Shown here piece by piece: positions 9,386-18,997 of a stretch of DNA of 38,185 bases. A model generated the notes under the pieces. It worked only from the letters and a program-made list of their open reading frames with translations, was not told the origin of the DNA and did not search any database. Origin of the DNA: Folioceros fuciformis (taxonomy: Eukaryota); assembly GCA_049999805.1 (NCBI GenBank), contig JBNGIO010006320.1:370169-408353 (forward strand), written 5' to 3'. A program made the position numbers and the translations under genes. The stretch's first letter is position 1; the number at the start of each line of letters is the position of its first letter.

Positions 9386-11296
9386 TCATTGCAGAGGCAC
9401 ATGAGACTTCCACCAGCCTGTGGAGTCCACAGTTCGTAGCTCATCAGCAGGTATCCATCGCCAGTCCTTCTCTAGCAAACCCAGAGAGCAATCGCTGGGG
9501 CATCCTGCCATTTCCAGCACTCTTGGCAGGTGCAGTCTGCTGGGGCAGTCGCGCTTCAAATCCCTGGGTATGCCTCTAGATCTGTACTCGTGAGCATCTA
9601 GGGCAGGGCCCCACTTGCAGGTCTGTGTCGGCGTGGGAGCCTCGATCAGAGAGTCTCCAGAAGGCGGGCTGTGTCGAGCCTTGGCAACGCCAGGATAGAA
9701 TGAGGGGTTCTGGATGCTATGGTACCGAACTAGCAAAATGGCATATGTCAGCATCCTTCCCTCGATGCTGCAAGTCCAGCCCAGCTCTCGGTGCACCGTG
9801 GTCACCATGTCTGAGATCTCGTGGTCGTGATTTTGCATGTATTGCAGGACTTCAGGCAGGTCTCTAAAACTGCACACAGTAGACAAGCCTGGCAGGAGTG
9901 AGAGCTAGCGCACGTGCAGCAGTAAGAGGAGAGCGAGTTGAGGTGTTGGAAGCACTGACAAGTGGTCTGTCTCCATGAAATGCCGCCCACGTTTGAACAG
10001 CGGGTAGTAGAACTCGGAGAAGGGAGAGCTTTGTAGAATGACGGCGCGGTCAGAGAGCATGACTCCGCACAGCCTGGTGATCCCCATCCCGCCGTCCACT
10101 AGCACCTCGTACTTGTACTTGCTCTTGTGGGTTTCGTTCAATTTGGATCCCAGGATGATCCCGCCTTCCTCCTGCAAGGCTCTGATAGATTCCGGCTTGG
10201 TATGGCTCCACCTGCTCACTCTGGCGTCCAGCAAGTCAGGGACCGCGTCCGTCATGCGGTGCAGCCGCACCCGGGGACTGCTCACCCAGTTCGACAGCCG
10301 CAGCCAGTAATTGGTGGTGGATCCTCTGAACACAGCCTTGGGCACCTTCCCATTCCACTCCTCCAAATTCCAGCTGACTTTCAGCATCTCGTCTCGGGAT
10401 GGCATGTAGGCAGGCCTCCAGTCCAAGAAATCCGGCACTAGGAGGTCGGCATCCAGGCCCTCGCTCACGTGAGAGCTCCACACCAGGAAATTGGCCCTGC
10501 CGCCCTCGGCCATGCCTTCCCTGGACATAGAGTGGTCGCATGTGTTGAACAGCAGCTCCACTTCTACCCCTCGCAGCTGAAAACGGTCGACGGTGGCCTG
10601 GAGGAAGGACGCCAGATCGTTGGCCCGGTTCAGCTTGAACTGGTCCGCCAGGAAGCCGCCGTAGCGGAAGAAAACCTTGCCACCCACAACTCTCACGTGA
10701 GCGCAGCACGAAGCCAGAGTGCTGTTCTGCAGCGATTGCCGGAGAAGCGAGACGGACCATAAGCTCCGTCGCACTGCCGAACCGACCGGTTGCGATTGCT
10801 GTATCGGAGCCCACCCCTCCGTGTATTTTTCCACCAGCTGCAGGATCGGGCGGATTCTGGAGTCCGTCAGGTTGAATGCGGCGCTCGCCAGTCGCAGCTC
10901 CTCTAAATCGGAATCCTTGATCTTGATGCTGCTCACGCGGGCGTGTTGGACGTCGGAAAGAGTGAGCCTGTTGCGGGCCACACTCAGGTTCCCAGACTTG
11001 TGAATGTTCGGGGGCAGCTTGTACCCTGACTTCTTCTCACACCTGTAGAAGCGGCCACGGTGGGACGGTCCTGAAGCGCAAGGAAAGATGGTGATAGGCG
11101 GGTTCCCGAAAACCTGGTCCAGCAAGCATGCGCTGTAGTACGAAATGACGATCGTGGCCCACAACAGCAAGCCCAGCAGCCAAACCATCCAGCGAGGCCG
11201 GAGAAATGACCTTCTGGCCCCTCTGAGCTGCAGCGAGGATGATCGTAGGGGTTCTGCATTCTTCGCATCCTTAGACTGCTCCTGGCCGGAGCGCAT
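9386..11296 (-). CDS. Glycosyltransferase family 90 / CAP10-domain protein (rumi/KDELC/DUF821-like), probable type II membrane protein, 2 exons
   Basis: N-terminal TM segment RPRWMVWLLGLLLWATIVISYY. Motifs VELLFNTCDH, WNGKVPKAVFRGSTT, KYKYEVLVDG and FSEFYYPLFKRGRHF. GT-AG intron 9959-9870 joins TDHF|FRDLPEVLQY in frame to the stop at 9386. First in-frame ATG is at 11296; the frame stays open further upstream, so the start is uncertain. Confidence 0.85.
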
Positions 11297-12057
11297 GCTG
11301 CTGGTTTTATCTCCGTCCCGGTCTTGTGGGATGTATAACCGTTCCCTGGGTGCGATCGTCTTTCTCGCAAACGATCTTCCAAATCCACTGATTGCGAGAG
11401 TCGGGGAGACTGATTGCAAGCAACAACACGTTTGCTCCGAGCTCTTGTGTCGTGGACGTTGGGATGCAGCTGCCTCTCTCTTTCTCACTGATTTGCAAGA
11501 CTGAAGTCCTTCGTTCAAATCACATGCCTTGGATATCGCCTTTCATGGCGAGATTCCGCCTTGGTCACGATAACGTACTTGACAACTACATCGAGGACTC
11601 GAGACGGAAGCTGGGGCGCTGAGACAGAGGTTGTCCAAGTGCTCGTTCAGACAGCCCCTCCATCGATATCGAGGATGCCAGATGGTAGCTGTGGAGGTGA
11701 GGAAACTTCTCCACCGACTCGTTCAATACATCCTCGTTCCACCGTAATCCTTCGGAAATTCAAATCAACATCAAGACTGGGAACGACTGCACGTGGCTGC
11801 TGCCAAGCAGTCGTAGTCTAGCTGGGTTAACGTTAATTATGCCATGGATGTACACACGCTCTAAGAAAGCAGCATCTGTGGAAAGGGGCTCAGTCTGCAT
11901 GGTGTGCCTGCATCACCTTTTGCAGGTTTGGCGTTACTCCCTTTCCGTCCTGCCAAAGCTCTACTTTTTTTTGTGTTGTTCCCAAAACCAGCTTGGGAAA
12001 GGATTTGTTATCGCTTTGTGCGCCTTCTACCATGAATCAAACGAACCGGATTGGATC

Positions 12058-12178
12058 TTGCTCCTTTGTCACCCTATAATACAGAATTCTATGGTACCTT
12101 ACTTCCCTGTCACCGATAATGCAGAATTCTATGGAACCTTGCTTCTATGTCAGCCGAGAATACATAAATCTATGGTAC
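12058..12178. repeat. About 40-bp degenerate tandem repeat, 3 units
   Basis: TTRCT...TGTCA(G)CC..(T)AATRCA.AA.TCTATGGWAC occurs three times in tandem. Confidence 0.7.
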
Positions 12179-12454
12179 AGCAAAGGTTGATGCGTATCTA
12201 CTCGACATCTTTCACTCTTGGGTACAATTGATTGACCATCAAACGGATGCCAGCAATAGGAAAATGGAGATCTCTTGATGTGAATCGAGATGGAAATGTC
12301 TATGCCTACCGCACCAATTACCTGGTCACGGACACCGCCTTTTCATAGCCTTGTGTGCAGGGGCATGAACAATATCTGCATGCTACTCTAACGTAGCACT
12401 GGCTGGGATGAAACACAACCAACTAACTCAATGTTATTGAGCTATTTTAACTAA

Positions 12455-12486
12455 CTAGGATCTCGGCATGCGCCTGCAGTGCATGC
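12455..12486 (-). mobile_element. Helitron-like 3' terminus
   Basis: Minus strand reads GCATGCAC-TGCAG-GCGCATGC (hairpin with one mismatch), 7 nt, then CTAG followed by T in an AT-rich flank. No 5' end or Rep/Hel ORF identified. Confidence 0.5.
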
Positions 12487-13683
12487 AGCCACGTATATAC
12501 ATGGCTCTGCGCGACATGTTTCAAGACCGGGTGGTGGGACGAACTCACGCCCCGCAGGCCGGTTTGTCAAAGTACCGCTAACAGCATTCCCTGCGGCTTG
12601 TGGAGCGGGAAGGGTGAGTGCTTTGGGGAAAGAGTTTGGTCTGGTTTTGCTCCTTCCCTATTCCCGCTCTCAATGCACTTAGGTTGAATGCGGGGGCTCT
12701 CCAGAAGGAACTCCTCTACATGAGGAGCCTCGATCCTGATGCTGCTCACGCAGGCATGTCGGACGTCGGAGTGAGTGAGCCTGCCGTAGATGGTCCGTGC
12801 GTTGGAAATTCCCCCGGATATTTCCGACTCTCGAAGGACGGCATCAAACTACCACCGGTCATGGATTCTCCTGCAGCAGCAGCAACCAGAAAAGCACAAA
12901 GTGTAAGCACAGAGCCCAGGCCTGTTATCCACTCTGCTCAACAAAAGGATGCACCGTGCGACAATGTAGAAAGCGTTTGGTGGGGCTAACTTTCAGGACG
13001 GAAGCCTCCGTGCCGTTTTACTTTAAAACGGCGCACATTGCACCGAGTCACTTTAGCAGGTGGCGCAAAGCTTGTAACGGCAATCACGATCAGAACAGCA
13101 CCGCGCACTTTCGTACCTCCAGTCTTTCGGCCTTGTCAAAATTGGACGAACACCTCGTCCGCAAGACGGGGACTCCCACTCCAATCTGAAGCAAGCATGT
13201 CTTCATCTCATGAGTTGCATCCTGCAGATGAAAATTGGAATTTCACGGATCAGAACTCATCTCCTCAGCTCCAGCAGAGGTAGGTGGAGATCTTCAGAAT
13301 GCTTGAAGAGACACGCCGCAGTGCTGGATTCCAATACGACAACTCCGTGGCGCACTCCTGAAAGACCTGCAGACGCGGATTGGCCTGAGCTCACGGGTCC
13401 ACGTTGTTAGGTACCAAGTCCCATCATGGAAAAACCCGTCCTCAGCGGACTTCAGTAGAATTCTTCTTTTCTTTCTTCTTCATCGCTATCCACATTAGTG
13501 CAGATTGCTCTCCCAGTCTCCGCATGCAAAATCTTGGAAGTTGCCAGCGAATCCCCAGTTTGAGAGCGTGATCACGCCGTCGGCACTTGCGGTTCCACTA
13601 TGGAATATCTTGCGCTCCCTGTGACAAGTATTAAGGCAGAAGAAAAAAAAACATCAAGGCAGAAGGCTCCAGGCCTGTAAGCT

Positions 13684-16575
13684 ATGGATTCCGTGGCATC
13701 ATCCTCCAGCCGCAGTAGGCTCCTCTGCTGCCTGATATGTTGCTTGTTTTTGCTACACCAGGCGCGCTCGGCCTGGGCTTCCCCCGAGCCGCGGCCCGGG
13801 CCTTTCGTGGAACATGCCGTGCCTGTTTTCAAGTCACAGCTACGGCCCGAGGCCCGTTCCAAACCGGGCCCGGAGCGGAAAACACCTTTTGCTACACTCG
13901 AGCCTGAAGACAAACCTGTATCCGAGCCTCGATTGGAGGCTCGCACAGACTCGCGGCTCGAGCCACGTTCCGAGCCTCATGCACGGATTCAGTCCGAGCT
14001 ACCACGACGTCCAGAGAAGCATCGGATGCTCGGATCGAGATTTTTGAATGATGTTGCGCCTCCTCCGCCACTCACCAGTCGCTCGGGAGATTTTCCTCAA
14101 CACTTTGTGTTCGGGACGGCTTCAGCTGCCTATCAGGTTTGGTTGCTGCACCGTGCTTGCAATTGGTACGACGAATTGCTTACTGAGTCGGTGCTTCTGA
14201 ATTGTAGTACGAAGGTGCAGCAGCCGAAGGAGGTCGAGGACCCAGTATATGGGACACATGGACGCACATGCCAGGTCAGGCCTGAGTTTTCATTTTTGCG
14301 CCTGGCCCAGCATAAGCTGGCTTGTCTAAATTGCTGAGGTACGGTTGGATTGCAGGCAAGACAGAAAATGGAGACACTGCAGATGTTGCTGTTGACCAGT
14401 ATCACCGATACAAGGCATGTCTCCTCTTTTGCTCTTCTGGAATTCCAGGTTTATGGGTTCATGCTCAAAGTTGTGGGTGTGATGCTCCAGGAGGATGTTC
14501 AGCTGATGAAGGCGATGTCAGTTGATGCTTACCGTTTCTCTATCTCATGGTCTCGTATTTTTCCAAGTAGGTCTCTTTCTCGTCACCTCAACAGTGAGTG
14601 TCAAGGCACTGTTTCTTTTGGGCCATCGTGATGGGCTGGTGCAATTCCTTATGCCAGATGGAACTTACCCCCTGAATCAAGAGGGAGTTGACTACTACAA
14701 CAACTTAATCAATGAACTGGTGGAGAACGGTAGGGATAAAGCAAGTCTCATGGTTTTGGTGATGAGTTCACGCGTGCTACACGGGTCTGTTTTCTTTGCC
14801 TTATGCGCTGTAATGTGTGCAGGTATTCAGCCGTTCGTCACGCTTTTCCATTGGGACCTCCCTCAAGGTATAGAGGATGCATATCAAGGATGGCTCAGCT
14901 CACAGACGGTGTAAGCTGAACTGCTTTGAGAAGTTCATGCGTTGACACTTGGTGGAGAGCCCTCAAGACGTGTATTGCATTGCAGGGAAGCATTTACTGC
15001 CTACGCAGATACTTGCTTTAGGCTTTTTGGTGACCGAGTAAAGCACTGGATCACGTTCAATGAACCACACACCTTTGTTCCCTATGGCTATGATAATGCA
15101 GCCTTCCCCCCTGGAAGGTGCACTGGGTGCCCGCAAGGAGACTCGTCAACAGAACCCTACACTGCAACTCATCATGTGCTTCTCTCCCATGCAGCAGCTT
15201 ACAGAGTCTACCAAAAACGTTACAAGGTTGCTGTGCTTCCATACTCGTTTTATCGGGGCCAGTTTGGCCATGGGCTAGCATGATTTAGTGCCATCTCACA
15301 AGATGTCTCCTTGCTTGCAGGCGTGTCAAGGTGGACAGGTTGGTATCACCTTGGACACAACCTGGTATGAGCCGCTGAACAAGTCCGCGGCAGCTGATAG
15401 ACAGGCTGTGGAACGAGCCATCCTGTTTCAACTTGGCTGGTTAGTCAAAGTTTGTCATGTCATCTAAACCCTCAACCATTTACAGTTTCTTGTCTTGTAT
15501 GCTCATTAATTACTTTAATAACTTGCATGGTCTACCAGGTATCTCGATCCTATCGTCTTCGGAAGGTACCCATCTGTGATGAAACGAGCAGTTGGAGACC
15601 GCCTTCCTAGATTTTCAAAAGGGCAAAAGAAAGCAGTAAAACGCTCGTACGATTTCATAGGCATCAACCACTATACCTCCTTGTATGCCTACGATTCTCG
15701 ACCAGCAGAAGGGGCGGTGGTTTCCTATTTCAATGACCAAAATGTCAGCACTACAGGTACTGGCCGTATCCCGATTTCCGAATCACACTGCTTTGGGCAG
15801 GTTCTTTGTCCATAGTTCGTGCAGTTCCTAATTTTTCCATTCTGTGATGTATCGTCTTGGCTGCTGTGGGAAGCTCAACGAGGAGACCAACTCATCGGGA
15901 TACAGGTAAGCCTCTTGTAACATTGCAAGCCCACCTTCGTCCTCAAGCATCATGTCAGATGTTGTGATCGTGACTTTCTTTGCTGTACAGGGGGCTTCTA
16001 GTTGGCTGTACATCGTGCCATTTGGCATTGAACGAATGCTTCTTTGGGTGAAACACCGTTACCATTCTCCGCCCATTTTTATCACTGAGAACGGTCAGCT
16101 TTCACACTCTCTTGGAGCCTCCTATTTCAGACTCACCTCGCTCATCTGTTGGGTTTATGGCCCTACCTCCCTGGCGCGTACCTGACAAGTGTAATCTGTT
16201 GGACTGCAGGCTTCAGTGACAGCTCCAGCCTATCAAAGGCAGCCGCCCTGAACGACAGTCTTCGCCAATCATACTTGCAGAGCTACCTTCCATATGTTTC
16301 TCGCGCGCTAAGGTACGACACATACGGAGGATGTATGTGAGGAAGACCAGGAATGGCTCACCACTGAATTTTTGCTTGACTTGACTGACTGCAGAGAGGG
16401 CGGAGTGGATCTGAGAGGCTATTTTGCGTGGTCTCTGCTGGACAACTTTGAATGGGGTTCTGGCTACACAATCCGATTTGGTCTGCACTACGTGGACTAC
16501 GAGAACAACCTGCAGCGTACTGCCAAAGACTCTGCACTGTGGTTCGGAAAGTATCTGTCTCGTTGTCAGCAATAA
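13684..16575 (+). CDS. BGLU: Glycoside hydrolase family 1 beta-glucosidase, copy 1 (13 exons, signal peptide, Pro/Glu-rich stalk)
   Basis: [39 protein letters not shown], acid/base motif TFNEP, GINHYT, nucleophile motif [14 protein letters not shown]. Exons by eye: 13684-14136, 14208-14274, 14356-14414, 14491-14566, 14658-14729, 14823-14910, 14986-15226, 15321-15439, 15539-15756, 15874-15905, 15991-16093, 16210-16312, 16395-16575. Confidence 0.95.
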
Positions 16576-16736
16576 GGCAGAGCACCATCTGTACTGGCAC
16601 GTTGATATCTAATTTTCAGGTCAAAATTGATGCCCACTGGTCTTAGAGAGCTGCTCCTGACGGAACGGTTACCCATCAAGCAATTCACACGGTACTATGT
16701 CATTCAAGGTTTATCAGTCCATTCATATCCTGTACG

Positions 16737-17064
16737 GTCCAGCCATAATTTAAAACGTGTACCGCCCAGCTCTGGTTTGAGACCTAGACCGTGTTCCTGT
16801 GGTTTTACGACTTGTACGGTCCACCTGTTGCTCACGACCTTGACAGGATGTGTAGCTGTGGTTTAAGACCTTTACAGTGCAGCTATGGTTGAAGACCTTT
16901 ACAGCGCAGCTATGGCTCAAGACCTTTCCAGCGCAGCTATGGTTTAAGACCTGTACAACAAAGATATTGTTTAAGACCAGCCCAATGCAGTTATGGTTTA
17001 CGACCAGTACAGTGCAATTATGGGTCAAGACCTGTTTAAGACCTGTGCAGTGCAGCTATGGTTC
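16737..17064. repeat. 27-bp degenerate minisatellite, roughly 11-12 units
   Basis: Consensus about GTGCAGCTATGGTTTAAGACCTKTACA, best conserved at 16850-17010. Explains the QLWxKT 9-aa periodic ORF. Confidence 0.85.
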
Positions 17065-17969
17065 GCTAACTTCTTGTGCAAGAAGAGAAGCAAAGCACCA
17101 AATCCCTGAATCCAGGAATGAAAGTATGGCGATTTGATCCCTAAATCAAAATCACTGGACTACGCACAGAAAGTATTAGAGAGTGGAAATAGTATTAAAA
17201 GTATTAATAGTTGATGTCCTCACAGCAAGCACTAATCGGATACACCATACACACTAATCATTGGATATAGTAGGAAGCACCTATGACAAAAAAAGCTACA
17301 TTGTGACATATCTTGGAGCACTTACTTATTGCAAGTAAAAGCCTAAGAAGAGCCTCTTCAAACAAGTTTAAACGGAAAAAAAAGTGGAGGATGGCTAGAT
17401 TTCTTGGGCCTAACACGAACAATCAATGGAATCATACATGTCGTTAGAGAAGCTAGGGGTGTTTTATAACTTTCTATATGTTATCATACTGATCTATAAA
17501 TAAAGGCTTCTCTTGTGTTTAGCTTGCTCACTTTTGTCTAGGTAGAAATAAGAATATAGGGTGCAAAGAGTGCTTCTCTTCCCTTTAGTTTTAAGATACT
17601 AGTTAAGGGTTTAGTTTCCCACATCAAGATTTTACTCGCTTTTGTAGCTTTGAAAGCAACTTTGAACTAATATAATCTAAATTCTTTTCTTTTACGAAAC
17701 CAGAATAACCAAGAATTATTTGATACATAGATTGAGTTTACTACGATATCTTTATTGTTTAATGCATGGATTGAATTTATTAAGAGATCTTTATTTTTTT
17801 ATTGCTTTTGCACCATTTGACAAAGTATAAATAGGCACAATGTGGTATTTCCTACATGGCCACACTTCCATGCAATGGCAAACCTTTGTAACAAGAATCT
17901 AGAATTCGAAGGGATTGTAAATGTCTTGGATCCAAGCAAGTTAAACTTTTGCTTAAACCCTAAACACCT

Positions 17970-18413
17970 TATAATGCCAATATCGGTGTCTTTCCTCTGC
18001 ATACCATTAATAATGTTTTTTTTCGAGCAAGCCTCTTGGGTGGCATGGTTGTTCACATGATCCCTAGGCTTTGTTGACAACCAACATTACAAAGTCTTAC
18101 GGTCTGTTGTACTATCTATATACATGTATGGGCCGTTTTATACCATGGGTCCATTATGCTACGCACCTTTCTTTCTCTAGGCAATATGGTTTCATACTTT
18201 CTTTGGGCACTATACTAGTATAATGCCAATGTGGGTATCTCTCCATTACATGCCATTAATATTGTTTTTTTAATCTCCGAACAAGCCTCGTAGATAGATA
18301 GCATGATGGTTCATCGTACACCTACATGTCAAATGTTTTATTAATGCCATAGGCTCCCTACCCTTCTAGTTCATAATACTACATACGTGAATGGGGTCAT
18401 TTTATACCATGCG
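17970..18413. repeat. Diverged tandem duplication of about 250-260 bp in AT-rich intergenic DNA
   Basis: TATAATGCCAAT..GGTRTCT...CATRCCATTAATAWTGTTTTTT...CGARCAAGCCTC occurs at about 17970 and 18219. TTTTATACCATG occurs at about 18135 and 18400. Confidence 0.65.
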
Positions 18414-18997
18414 CTGTATATGAGAAAGTACGTTTAATATCCTAGTGTATACACTATGACATATAAAAAAAAGGAAGTGTATACAACATGGTTTATACAC
18501 CAAGATATTATATCATCCATTAAGATTTTTTTTCCATTTCAATCTTAATTACTATTTATTTGGAAATGCATTATTTTACGAAAATCCATATATAACAACA
18601 TAGTCTTTCTTCAACTTTGAGGTGCTTTGCAGAAGCGTTTGATCAAAGATAGTACTTTACTAATTGATACAATTGATTACAAGAGGTGGGCTTTTATAGC
18701 ATGTGTCTGAAGAGTTGTACCTCTTGGGTACTAGATACCAAAGGGTATGACCACGCTGGGTTAAGCTAAGGTAACCATAACCAACACGGTCTGCACTTCT
18801 AACTCTCCCTCTCAGACAAGTTGGGTTATCTAAATCAAAGAACTAATAATCACTTGCCGCTGGAGTATTGTATAAGTACTACGGTCTTCAACCAAACTCA
18901 ACTCACCGATCGTCACCGGTTGCAAGTAAGATTGAAGCAAGCGGTCTACAATAGCTGTCAACTTTAAGTAACTGAACGTTCTGAGATAAGACGCGCC

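Noticed and set aside
9905-11518. The 537-aa ORF as a complete intronless gene
   Set aside because: It starts at a TTG, and its last ~18 codons are intron. The protein continues in the exon 9869-9386.
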